64,000 nt of DNA from Setoptus koraiensis. Its lineage: Eukaryota; Animalia; Arthropoda. The stretch is from NCBI GenBank assembly GCA_048013815.1, contig CM106585.1, positions 1,240,001-1,304,000 of the forward strand, read 5' to 3'. Below, piece by piece: positions 12,653-25,773 of the stretch (the stretch's first letter is position 1; the number at the start of each line of letters is the position of its first letter). Under the pieces are notes generated by a model, which saw nothing but the letters and a program-made list of their open reading frames with translations, had not been told where the DNA came from and did no database searches. The translations under genes were made by a program, and so were the position numbers.

Positions 12653-15600
12653 GCTGTTGTTGTTGTTGTTGTTATTGTTATTGTTGTATCAGTGACAACA
12701 ATATCATGCGGCATCTTTCTAGTGTGTGACCATGATCATAATCATATTATTAATAATACAAGTGCATGCTACTGAAAGAAGTGGAATGGACCCTCATCTC
12801 ACGCATTAACTTTCAACTTTGAGCCGGCATTGGTAGTGGGTGAACCAACTGTTCTCACTTGGAGAACTGGCTATCGTGACGTCATATTGGTATCATATAA
12901 TTGTGGCGGCGATGGTGTTGGCAATAGTATATTAGCAATGTTCCTTGTTGCTAGATAGATTCGTTGTGGGCGCAATTTCAGCTAGACAGACAATTCTACA
13001 GCCAGTTCAATGACCCCATATTGACTGTATATCACGGCCAAACAACGACTCTTACTTTTACTTGCTTCTTCTTGGCTTAAGAGAAGCAACATAGAAGCGA
13101 CAGAGAGGCGACAGACTAGCGATAGAGAAAGACTAAACACAAAACGATGATGAGATAAAATTGGTCTTTTAGAAATGTGCCGATAGAAGCGCCCCCAGTG
13201 CCACTTGAGCTCTCGCAAGTATCCAATTTGTTTGAGTAATTTCACTCGCTTCTCATTGTTGTTTTGTCAGCACTACATGTCAACAGCAACTTTTTATCAT
13301 GATGGGTCTGTGTTTATTGGTGCCTTGTTGACGATTAGCGATTCGTTTGCAGTTTGCACGATGTGCAGAATTGTGTCACCAATTAGTGTTTGCTATTTCA
13401 TTTCCGCACCTAACTAATGCTGCCATAAGACTGTTTGTACTTGGTCATTTGGGACTAAGCTGACGATTGAATAGTGTAAGTGCGCCCAGTTACATAATCA
13501 CCTCCCGGTGCCCAGAGATGCACGTTGTTGAGAGCGGTCGTAGTGATCATGGTTGTCGTTGTTGTTGTTGTTGTTTGGGTGGATGGCACTTTGAGCCATT
13601 ACATCATTAGTGATTGTGCATGTGTGTTAATTTTCACACCAGTGTTATGCAGTAAAAGGGTAAAAGACAAACAGATTAAGGCGAATGTTGCTGCTGTTAT
13701 ATACATGTAAATGAGTGTCAACAAAAATGTGTATGATAGACATTGTTCATTGGCTGTGTGTCCACTCAAATAGAGGCTATTCTATCAACATAGACATTAG
13801 ATCAATCTAACGTGCTTACAAGCAAACAACATCAACTAATACCAGCCACTTTAGCCAGCTATTTGTATTGGTGTTAATTTGTTTAGACTTGTCTGTGTGG
13901 CTGCTTGGCCAGCAGTTAGCCAATGACAAGCTGCTGAGAGCCGCCGGGGAAAGCCACCCTGACCTTTTATATATAATTAGCTGTTGTTGTTGTTGTTGTT
14001 GTTGTTGCTGCTGCTGGTACACACATTTGGCTGCTTATGTAACGTTACCACTATATATGGTTGGCAAATCAATGAAGCAACCGCCACAGCGGACATTAGC
14101 TGCGACAAATGATGTTACTACTGGCAGTTAGGATCAATGCACTGCAACGCCCACGATTCAAATGTTATATGAAGCGAGCAATGCCTTTAGTTATGTGCTT
14201 ACGTAACATAGGTAGAGGAAGCATGAAGCATCGACCGCTCTAGATACGGATTAAGCAAGGGACATGGAACAGTCACAATGACATGTGTATATGAGAGACA
14301 CAGACGCAGACACAGACAGAGTGAAAGTCAAACAAGAAAAAGAGCATCGCAATGTCACTGCATACGATCACCGTTGTTACCATCACCGATTATTTGCATA
14401 TTACTGAACACACAGTCCAACAATGCTTATGTAATTGCAAATATCTGTATCCGCCTACAAACGACAACAGCAAACGTCACACTAAGAGACATAGGCAAGA
14501 TGCAACTCTTTATCATGATGACGAGCGACATCCGTTGATATGATCAAAATGAGAGCTAGCAGAAATAATGGAAAGCATATTGGTGGATAGAGAAAGGCAC
14601 CGGCCCCATTATAAGCCATGATGAGGCACGTCTCCAGCAGTGCCATCGTAGCCTCCACCCTTTTTGATGCTCGCTCGCTTTTAGGCTACTCTAAAAGGCG
14701 CACTGGCGGCCTAATGTGGCTTGTTGGCAAGCGACAGAGTGCTCAAGTTTGATTATAACATCACCATCAACATCAACATCAACAACCTGAAACGATAGCG
14801 AGCGAGGCTGGCCAGAAAACAATTCGCCATACTCATCTTATCTATTTAAGTTACTTGTTCCGGGATAAACGAGGCCCTGTGCTGGCCAGAAACTCGTTCA
14901 CTTAGATCAGACGGTCAGTTGTCGGTTTTGTGTGTGTGTGTGGCCTATATTTGTGTCCTTTAAATTAGTAGTAGTGATGTTTGGCGCTTGCTTGTCGGTT
15001 ATTGTTTGCGGTCAGTTTTCTCTTGCACCATGTTTGCGCTTGTTACATTGTTTAGTATTCCCATAGTTGGTTCGTGTTGGTGTTGTTGTTGTTGGTGTTG
15101 TTGGTGTTGTTGTTGTTGTTGTTGCTGTTGTTGTGGCAGTACTCAACAACACTACCAAATTGGCTAATATAATATACCAACAACGAGAGGATAACAACTT
15201 AGCCAGTTGCAACTTGCAACGCACCAAGCCATTTGATATTTGCTCAAGTGAGCCAACTGTAAGCCAGTCTAGCCAACGTGCCAGCATGCTCGCCAATGTA
15301 CCATAGTTAACAGTGTTCAGCCTAATACTGTTGCAACAATGTTATGCAAAAATGATTATGATGTCAGTGTTGGGTCGCTCTTGTTGCTGTCATTTTTGTT
15401 TGGTGCTGTTGTTGTTGTTTTTGATTGGGCCCATGTCAACCACCTCTAACCAAACAACTAATGTTAGCATTCACGCAAGACAAGATGAAGTGCATAAATG
15501 ATTCAGTCTAACGGTCGCTGCTGCATGACATAACAGTACACTGTTATGTCATGCAGCAGCAGCAGCAACAGCAGCCAGACAGCAAGCAAACTGGGGCCCA

Positions 15601-17194
15601 CTACTGAGCTGATGAATGAATTCATGAAAAGATAAGAGACAAAAAACAGACTAACAACTAAAACAACGAGACATACGAGAGAAAAAAGAACGCTGTCATG
15701 CTTAAGGTTCATATAGAATGTATAAATATTATGCCACTGGTGTTAACGCATAGTGTTAGTAACTTTTTGTGTTAGTCACAAAGTGCCAGATATTTAAACG
15801 TGACAGCCATTATTATGACAGTAGCAGTAGCGAGAATAACACGTTAGTATGGCTGCATTCATGTGTGATGGTGTTGACGCTACTCATACCATAAAGCAGC
15901 AGTCATATTAGAATGGGGGCCAAGCGAATAGACTGTTCTTTTAATAGACAACAACGATAGATCGATCGATTGATCGATAGTTGGACGCCACAAGAGAACC
16001 ATTATTGGCATAATCAGCAACATTGACTGGCTGCAAGCGACCAATGTGCATACAAGCTACTCATGATGAGCTACCTCGTCTTCATGATGATGGGGCTATT
16101 ACCATAAGTATATTCTCAGTTTGCAGTAAGTATTTTTACTTATAAACTATTGCTAGCTGGTTGGTTCATTCATTCATTCGCATTAACATCTACATATAAG
16201 AGGCAGCTATAGAGAGAATGACAAATGGTAACATAGAGAGACCTTGAGAGAGAACAAATAATACATTCGATTACATTATGTCGGGACCCCCATGTCTAGG
16301 CACGAGTAAAAGTGTTACATAATTTTGTTTTGGCGCCTATTGTGTAACACACTTGTATGTTTGCGTTCGTGTTTGAGCTAGTGATCAATCACAAAAAAAT
16401 AAACCTTTGCCTTCTAGTTCAAACCACAATTGTTTCGTTTAAAGTAACTCCCTGGGTGACCGATCAGAATCTTTTTCTCTCCCTCATTTCTTATTAATGG
16501 CAGCCCTATATTAGCAATGGGTTAGCTATTATTTTCCATTCAGTACAGCACACCAATACATGTAGTGTTTGGTGCAATCCTTTGATCCCTTTTATTTGCC
16601 TCAAATAAGCAGCCAGTGCAATGACTATATATCATGGTGATTATGATATCGTTAAAGGAGCTCCAACATTCTTTTTAACTCTTATTTGATTTTCAGCTCG
16701 GATGTTTACGATGGAAAGATTTTATTTCACTTCCGCTGACAATAGATAGAGACCAATTTCCGGCATTATGTCTGTTAGTTTCTATGCATTGACTATGTCA
16801 ACAACATGATGACTTTCGCTGCATATCATTTGACCTTTATGTATGGCTGACATTTACTGTTTGCTTTAAATCTGCCTATTAATCTAAATATACCATTGAA
16901 AATAAAATCAACTCTTGACCTATTTATAGGACTTTATCGGAATGCTCTAGATTGACGCGCTTCCCGTCGTTGCAAGGCCTGACAAATTTACGTTATTTAC
17001 ATTTGGATAGGTGCAATATAAATTACATTCCACAGGATATTTGTAATCATTGGCCGCACTTAACTAGCTTGTAAGTCTCTTGCTTAGGACACCAATTAAC
17101 TGTCAATAGCATATGTTGGCGTCAACTTTAACATGTTAGCTCAATTCACTAATTCATGTTGCCAAGTTAGCGCGAACATAAAAATCCAATTAAC

Positions 17195-17225
<31 letters not shown>

Positions 17226-18422
17226 GGCTCCTAAAAAAATGTCCTCACCATGACAAATCCATTGGGGGATGAGACTAATCAAACAACCAACCAATTAACG
17301 GAATTCAATGCAGAGTGTTGAGGTCGAATCACATCGAGCGCATTCCAGTCTTGGCGCATTGTAAGGCGTTACTGCTGCTGTAAGTATCGTGTGTAATTAC
17401 TAATTAGTTGTGATTTTAATTAACGAAATTGAGATACAATATAAATTGGTTGTGCAAATACGTATGTAACTACTAGTGAGTATGTGATTAAACATGTATG
17501 ATATGTATGGAACAATTCAATCAGGTTTGATTGAATCGTGCAATACAATTGGTTGGTTATACACAGTGCATCTCTTACATTGCATTTGAACAGGGAGGCA
17601 TAAAGACCCAGATGTTGGCTAGTGCATTGAACCAAAAGCGACACACACACGCACACAGAGTGAGCATGGTGATAAGTGTGGCAGCGTGCAGTGCTGGTAT
17701 GTGAAGCGACAAAGATCCAAGATGGCCGTCTTTTGTATCATTAGAGAACAATGAGACTGAATGGAATCGAATAAAGTACAATGTAGCACTTGTATATTCT
17801 ATTGTCAGCTGTTGTTGTGTCTGGTTGATGCGTGTGTGTGTGTGTGTGTTTACTAGAGTGTTAGCAGCCATCAAAACAACATTTGTGTGCATCTAACTAA
17901 CTGGTGTGTTAGTTGCACGTTATCAAGTTGATTGTGTCATTTATAAACACGTAAGCCTTTCACACCAAAACTTTTTGGTGTGAACACTCGACCAGCACAC
18001 AACACAAAATGATATATATACACCAGTACAGTAATGATCAGAGAGCATAAAAAGGGGCACGGCTCACTTTGGCCCCACAATGGCGAGTGCAAAGGATAAC
18101 TTATCAACTTGTGTGTGGCGAGTAAACACACTTTGTACAGTTTGTATACAGTGCAATTTGGTAATACATTGTAATGCATTGCAATGGCATCCAGTGAACA
18201 GGGTGTATGCAAGCGAATAGCGACGGATAGCAATCAATCACAATAATCTCATGTTGTTCTTACACTTACTGCAACAACACGCTGCAATTTTTGTTGGCCA
18301 AATGGGCGCACTTCACGCAACACGCGCTCGCTGTCTCAATTTTCGTTTGTTCGCACACGACATTCTATATGCTCTATTAACACTATATACACATTGTTCT
18401 GTGACTGTACTGACCAGCAGCT

Positions 18423-18456
<34 letters not shown>

Positions 18457-21400
18457 TCTCGCAGCAATAGCAACTTGTATAATCATGCTTTTGTTTTTGC
18501 CACTTGTATTTTATGTGTGTCTCTGCTATGATGATAAAATGCAATACATAAACGGTGGCTACATCATTGCACATTCAGCATCTACACAGTGCACAGTGTA
18601 TGTAGTGGGGCACACGGTAGAGTGGTGCAAAACAAAAGACACTGACTAACTTGTGACAGGGGCGAGAGGGGTGAGGGGGGCGAGGGGGCGAGGGTAGCGA
18701 GAGGGGCGCGAGGGTGAGTTGGGATGGCGACCAGCAGCACAAGCAAGCGTGTGCGACCTTGAACGGATTGAACCAACAATCGAACTTATTTAGTTGCTGG
18801 CTCACTCGCAGCAACTGGTAAATGATACAGCGCGCACGACAGCATGTGCAGTATGTATAGTAACAAGTAACAAATGTATTTATTATATGGATGAGATCGC
18901 AAGACAATAGAAGGAGAATTGCTGCTCAGTAGTACGAAATGAATTAATGATAGCATCGTATAGGCACAGTTGTTACTTGCCAAGCTCTCTAGCAGTGAAT
19001 AGCGATGGGGGTCAGCGAACTAGCACTCGCTACGTTGGTAACAACAACCGACCAACCAGCCAACCAACCAACCAACAACTAATGAATGCTGTCTCGCTGG
19101 CCTCTTTTAACCAATCTCTTACTCACTTCATGCTGCCTACAATCATCCTTTGGAATAAACCAATCAAACATCAACCAAACTGAACCCAAATAACAAACTA
19201 GAGACCTCTCATACAACCGAATCCAGAGATTGAGCGGGACCAACTTCTTGCATCAGAGCAACTTGATTGATCTATATCTAGGTAGGTTCATAGTGAGATA
19301 GATTGCTTATCCCATTGCACAATAATGGGTAATGCCATAATGGGTTGCATTCAATGACCCTGCTAGCTATACAATTAATTAAGTAATATCCAATGTATCA
19401 ATAAGCCGTATCTATTAACCCTTTACCCTATACTATTGACTACTATACTGATTGCGCACTAATTGTTGTTATCTTTGTTGCATTCGCACCAACGCTCTCT
19501 TATGGCCGTTGCGATAACAAAAATAAACCTACAAACCAACAATTGCTTGGCCGATACTCGTTTCCAATCACAGGATACAATCTAATGGAGTCCATTGACC
19601 AACCTGACACTTTTATTGGATTAAACAGTCTACAAATCTTAGAGCTACAAAATAATAGGATATCCATAATACATTCACTGGCATTCGCACCATTGAATAA
19701 AACACTATTGGATTTAAATGTTGCAAATAATCAATTAATTACATTGCCATATCAAGGATTAGATAATTTGACTGTGATAAAAGCCTATGGAAATATTCAA
19801 TTAAAAGAAATGCCATTCTTTCCTAATGCGCACTCTTTAGCATTATCGTATGCATATCATTGTTGCGACTATCAACAACAGCAACAACAACAATCAACAA
19901 TGTCGCCCCATCATAGTAGCACCAATGATAATAATGAACAACCAGTTTCTATTCCATTGATGGGAACTGCAACAACTCTACGTCAGATTGAACAACAGCA
20001 ACAACTCAATCAAGCAACTGTGATAAACCAACGTCTTATGTTGACTAACAACCAAACCAAACACTCCCATATCACTGACAGCCATAATAAACTAGCCAAC
20101 TACAATTCATCAACATCATTAACGCAACACGAACAACCGAATCATCAATCACGGCTTCTCACTTCGTCAAACACACATCAACGAGATGAACATTTTAACA
20201 GCGATAAAACTGCAGCTTCTCCATCACACTCTAAAGGAATCAATATCGATACGCAAGACACAAATAATAATAATGAAGCAAATGATAAAGATTCTACTGA
20301 GAAGGCAGCAGAAATTCGGCAATCCTGGTTACCACAGTGGATTGATTCGATTTTTGATGCGCTATCTGTCCACGGAACAAAAAGTAGTTCATCAATGAAC
20401 AAAACGACCAACATTTTTTTGCATAATGAATCAGACAGCACGGATTATGGAAGAAATAGATCTTCTACCTTGCCTATCATCACTCAAAACGACAATCATT
20501 TGCATCATCCATCAAGGATACATCATAAACATTCTCAATGGGACAAAATTGACACTGACAGAAATAATCAATCCTATCAAAAAGATTACCATCTACCTGA
20601 TGGAGAGTGGTCAACAGAAGAAAATGACAATGACATGACAATGAATCAGGCAGGAGATCAGGACGTTGCAAGTGATCGTAGGGACAATGTCAGTGAAATT
20701 ATCTATTGGGCTCCGTCCACTTTTACTAAGGTCGATCTTAATGCGTGGCAAACAGAAATTTTAAATATATGGACAAATCGTTCTTCAACGCCTATCAAAT
20801 TAACTCATCCTTCATGGTCTGTCTCAAATACAAAAGAGATCTCTCAAGTATCTTATTCACCTAGTCAACATTTAAAGGCTAAAAATCGAACTGCATCGAT
20901 CGATTTGAATAATGATGATGCGTTCACCCCAAATACAGAGGATGATCTTCATAGAATACGCAAGCGAGAGCTATTATATCATGATAAATTCGATGATGAT
21001 GTCACTTTAATCCCACACCAGTCTATGACGGAAATTCGGAATCAGCTTTTTCAGAGTCACGAGCCAAGTCTAAACCTGATAGACCTTCAAGAAGATCTGC
21101 GTGCCATTATGTCTGCCATCAATGGAAAACAACTAATGTACTCCATTGATGAATACAGTACAAGCCGATCATCGTTGCTTGTGCACAGAATAACAAGAGA
21201 TGTTGGCCCCAAACTAAAACTCAATAGACCAGTACATTGCCTACCAGAACCAGGCCCCTTTATGCCCTGTCAAGATTTGTTTGGTTGGTGGACATTACGA
21301 TTTGGTATTTGGTTCGTATTTCTCTTGGCTTTCATCGGAAACGGATTGGTGATAGTGGTATTGACGTCGATACGTTCATCTTCAAGCTCTTTAGCGGGCC

Positions 21401-24400
21401 TCATGATGATGTCGACCTCTAAAAGAAGCGTCGACGTGCCAAGATTTTTAGTTACTAATCTCGCAGTTGCAGATTTTTTAATGGCCATATATTTGGGCAT
21501 ATTGGCTATTGTGGACGCATCAACGTTAGGTTATTTCAAGGTATATGCGATCAAATGGCAATACTCTTTCGGGTGCAAACTGGCTGGTTTCTTGGGAGTT
21601 TTTAGTAGTGAACTTAGCGTCTTTATATTAGCCATTATTACCCTAGAACGCAACTATGCAATAACAAATGCCGTCCATCTCAATAGGCGCCTATCGTTGA
21701 GAAAAGCCTCAGTTATAATGGCCTGTGGTTATCTCTTTGCAATATTGATGGCAGTGTTACCACTTGTTGGAATAAGTGATTATAGAAAATTTGCAATATG
21801 TTTACCATTAGAGATAGATTCTAGCATATACTCATTTATTTATGTGTCGTCTCTGATTGGTGTCAACCTATTCAGTTTCCTTCTACTTCTAGCATGTTAT
21901 GTTAGAATGTATTGCGCTATAAGAGGATCGCAAGCATGGAATTCGAATGATACGAGGATTGCAAAGAGAATGGCCATATTAGTTTTCACTGACTTCCTCT
22001 GCTGGGCACCGATATCTTTCATAGGACTCTTTGCCTTATTCGGGCGTCAATTAGTGACTATGGATGGGGTGAAAATCTTTACAATTTTTGTTTTGCCACT
22101 CAACAGCATAGCTAACCCATTCCTATATGCAATAACTACGAAAAAATTCAAGAGGGATCTAGATCTTCTAATGAAACGCCTAAAAACATCGAATATTATC
22201 ACTAAATGTCGAAGATCGTTACGGGCTACATTTTCACCTGAAGAACAAACAAATTTCGACCCCACAGATAGCATCCAGGTTGAGCAGAATCAACAAAATC
22301 TCTGCGATGTGTGTGGTACCAATGCTGCCGATTTAAATATCAAAAATAAACTTGACGAACTCAAACAACAGCCTCTATTAGTGGAAGAGTACAAGGAAAG
22401 AAGAATGTATCTCAAGAACTCACTAGGTGTCGCTCGCTGTTCGAAATGCAAACTTTTGAAATTACTCAGAAGTCAACCTACCGACGATTCTCCCAACCAA
22501 ACGTCTCGTCGGTGTCAATTGAGCCCAATAATTAGTAATGCACAAAGGCCCAACAGTCCTTTGCCTTTTGGATGTGACTGTAATGATTGTAAGGCTAAAT
22601 ACGAGCACGACAATCAGCTCAGTCCAAGCATGAGTTCCATGATGGCCAACGTAGTTTGTCATTCCCATACGCAACGAGTCAAATCTCCTTCTCAAATCAT
22701 ACATAACAATAGGAAGGTAGTTGGTCAGCGTAGATGTCCATCTCCTCGTCTTCACAAGCGCATTATGGGTGATAATTTAGACAATCAGACAGTAGGTTTC
22801 TGTGTTCATTGCGGAGGCACCGGAGGTGGTCGTCGCAGGGCACGTAATCGTAATAGAAAATTGGCTAATGCCGAGATATGTCAGTTTCACGAACCTCTTT
22901 TGCCTAAACGTCAAGTCTATAGTGATGACAAAAAACAAACTATATCCTGTAAAAGGTCACAAGATAGAGTGAATTCTCCAACTCTGCGATCGACATTGGC
23001 GTCGCCAATTTTGCCCACATCATTTAACACAAGCTTCCAATCACTGGGCAAACAATCTTATATCTATCAATATGATGATAATATGACGCTTATGGTCAAA
23101 CCGGTGTCTCACAACAGACGAAATAGAGATGACATCGCAGAAGAATCTATGTTTCAATCAAGTCCCAAATTGATTATCAATGATGTATCATCTCATGATC
23201 CAAAATGCCACCTTAGAGCCACGGAATCAAATCAATCTTTGTCCAAAAAAGAGCGTCTCCTGCAATCTCAAGTTATAAGCAAACAGCATTCAGAAGAATC
23301 TTTATCAGACTTAGGGCAACATAATCAAGATAGTGAAGTCAGATCCAGGAGTGCTATCTCTAATCGATGCTTGGATCGTCAGGAATCCCTTCTATCAATC
23401 TATAGTGATACTAGACCCAAATCATGCCTTGCCATAACCTATTTGCATGCCAATAACTCACTAGGCACTTGTAAAGATGAATACAGGCCTCATTCTTGGT
23501 CGCAACCAAATTATCAAACTAATCATATCAGAAAAGTGGTAAATGATATCACAAACGAAAGAATGCAACTATTAGATGGAAATGGGCCAACTATCCACAT
23601 AATGAATGACTCACATAATCTTGATGATGATCCTCATGAATTGATGAATCTGTCCAGCATGAACAAAGACAATAAGTTGAACCTTACCGACATGCTAAAA
23701 TTAAAAGAATCCAATAATCTTACTGGTCGAATGCTAAAACCGTTAGCTCAAGCATGGTCAAACATACAAACAATATCGAAATCTAGTCTGGCATCATCGA
23801 GGATCTCCTCGTCAAAATCACAGTCGATTTCGGCAAATAATCAAAATGTTAGCCAGAAACAAAAAGGTGATGCATCTTCGCAACTAGGAAAAGAGAAATA
23901 CAAACAAAAGAATTTTAAGACTAAGTGCATTCAAGATGAAGACGAAGTCTTTGTTTCGACGTCAACCGAAGAAGATGTCTTCGATTCTGAAGATAATCAT
24001 AAACATGTCAATGAGATTGATGTGGCTAAACAAGATGCAATTAAAGAGAAACTCACTGTTGATCAATATAATCCATTAGCAACATGTCACAGGTGTAACT
24101 CTTGGTCTGTGGCAACTAAATTAGAGCAATCGTACGTTTGCGAAGAAAATAGAGGTCTCAGCCAGCCGCTCACTATTACTATATTATCAGATACTGCAGG
24201 CAAATGCCAGTTACAAGGAGTTGTTGGATTAAAAGATGGTAATAAAATATCGAGAGACAATCATGTTTTGATAAAGAGAATTACTAACATAGATGATCAC
24301 AATAGGATTAAGAGTAAAAACGATTTTTACAGAAAGCAGAGATTAAAAAACCAACAAAGCTTCAATAGCGAGAGCTCATCAACTAGACGAACTGCTATGA

Positions 24401-25773
24401 CCACAATAAGTAGCTCCATGGACTCCGAAACTCAGACTGATCTCTGTAACGTGACCTCGAATAGTCAGCCGATCATTCACGATGTCATTAATTCAGCAAG
24501 TTTGGACAGTGATTCAGAAAGAAACAGTGGACCATCTTCCTCGACGCTAAATTCATCGGTACAGTCGCTACAGCAAATAACTAAAAAGAAGAATACTAGC
24601 TCTGAACACCATTCATCATGTCCAATAATTGTGATAGAGCCAATGTCTGAGCTGATTGTTATGGCGGGGCCTTTGCAGGCATCCGACCAACTTGAGAAAT
24701 CAACAACTAAAACTCGCCTGGCACTACACGTCCTTTTGAATAGAGACTCTAAAAACAAGAACAAATTGATTGATAAAATCGATGATGTCATGAGCTCTTG
24801 TCCCTCCATATTGAAAAGACACCAAAACCCAGAAATTCCAAGACGAAATAGTAAATCTTTGACTAATGGAATTTCACTGTTGGAAAATTGTGCTAAGATT
24901 AATGAAGAAAGAGATTCAAATAATTGGCAATTGCATCTACCTAGCGAATCAGACAGTTTAGAGACAACGCCAATTGTCGAAATTGATATGCAAACTATAA
25001 GTCAAACGGAGTATGATAGAAGATTAATGCAAACAATGAGTAACAATGGAGGAAAGACAGCCGAAAAATCAGATCATCGAAGAGAAGTTAGTCGATTAGG
25101 TTCCGCCTACTATGATACACAAGTCAAAATTGAACCAGATGACGAGACATTCTCACAAGCGAGACCGAAATCTGCAATTGGTGATCGTAATAAGTGTAAC
25201 ATTACAGATTATAAGCACACAAAGAAATATAATTCATTACTCAGCGTGCAAACAAGAATGCCATTCTCAGCTGAAAAGTCCAACAAAGGATTGAGCACAA
25301 CTTTGATTGAAGACATGCTTCTCATCGACGACCGATCGTTTAATGGCCGAAATTCCACCGAACATGATAGTGCTGGACGGAAAAGGGATCTCTTGATCGT
25401 ACAAAATCTGTCTTCGTCGCCCATTGGCTTGATAAGATCTGTCAGTTTGTCGAATTTTGGATTGAACAAGGAAATCGGAGGTGTTTCTCAATTATCTTCC
25501 CATCGACACCCTACCAATAATACAAAACTATGCAATTCAACCTGGTGCTGTTCTCGCATTGAACAGAATGATGTGCATCCAAATTTTGATCTCAAGCCAG
25601 AACAGCCCAATTTCAGCAAAAAAATCGACCAGAATGTGCAAGGGCCTCAGACGCGATGCTTGACGGTAACGGCTGAAGATGTTGCTGTTCCAGATCAATC
25701 CTCATCCGGTTTTCTTGCATTTACCACACGAACACTGCTGAAGAAACTCTTTGGAACGTCATCTTGGGTCTGA
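10240..25773 (+). CDS. rk: Leucine-rich-repeat GPCR type B, rickets/LGR2 (bursicon receptor) orthologue; exons 10240(or 10507)-10913, 11012-11083, 11185-11256, 11353-11424, 11576-11722, 16930-17070, 19202-19281, 19574-25773
   Basis: Signal-like segment MFKLFSMMLLITLMAFSYL. Three 72-bp phase-2 LRR exons and two double-LRR exons splice in frame. YAYHCC cap, CLPEPGPFMPCQDLFGWWTLR hinge end, 7TM with DVPRFLVTNLA.ADF, ITLERNYAIT.A.HLN.RLSL, SDYRKFA.CLP, IRGSQAWNSND.RIAKRMA.LVFTDFLCW.PI and LPLNS..NPFLYAI, all matching my recollection of rickets. Confidence 0.92.
12611..12686. repeat. (GTT)n microsatellite in receptor intron 5
   Basis: Long near-perfect GTT run. Confidence 0.9.
16930..17070 (+). 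CDS. rk: rickets exon 6 (two LRRs; absent from the ORF track)
   Basis: TAG/G acceptor and TT/GTAAGT donor. Reads TLSECSRLTRFPSLQGLTNLRYLHLDRCNINYIPQDICNHWPHLTSL. Phase 2 at both ends matches the neighbouring exons. Confidence 0.9.
17201..17225. repeat. (TC)n microsatellite
   Basis: Perfect dinucleotide run. Confidence 0.85.
18659..18723 (+). other. G-rich island with 8 G-tracts (potential G-quadruplex) in receptor intron 6
   Basis: GGGG-cgaga-GGGG-tga-GGGGGG-cga-GGGGG-cga-GGG-tagcgaga-GGGG-cgcga-GGG-tgagtt-GGG. Confidence 0.55.
19202..19281 (+). CDS. rk: rickets exon 7 (LRR; absent from the ORF track)
   Basis: DLSYNRIQRLSGTNFLHQSNLIDLYL. The phase-1 donor G/GTAGGT joins the CAG acceptor at 19573 to give YLG-YNLMES. 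Confidence 0.85.
19574..25773 (+). CDS. rk: rickets terminal exon (6.2 kb): last LRRs, expanded hinge, 7TM and long C-tail
   Basis: Uninterrupted 2076-codon ORF carrying all hinge and 7TM motifs. The first 10 codons of the track ORF are intronic. Confidence 0.93.

Noticed and set aside
16698-16842. Exon-like segment after TTTTCAG in receptor intron 5
   Set aside because: All three frames hit stops and there is no LRR pattern; exon 5 joins exon 6 in frame without it.
19543-19573. TTG start of the 2076-aa track ORF (likewise TTG 56377 for the 1955-aa ORF)
   Set aside because: Both lie in introns just upstream of acceptors; the proteins start in upstream exons.
20178-25491. Minus-strand and alternate-frame ORFs inside the receptor terminal exon (and likewise inside the fasciclin exons)
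   Set aside because: Shadow ORFs of long real coding exons.
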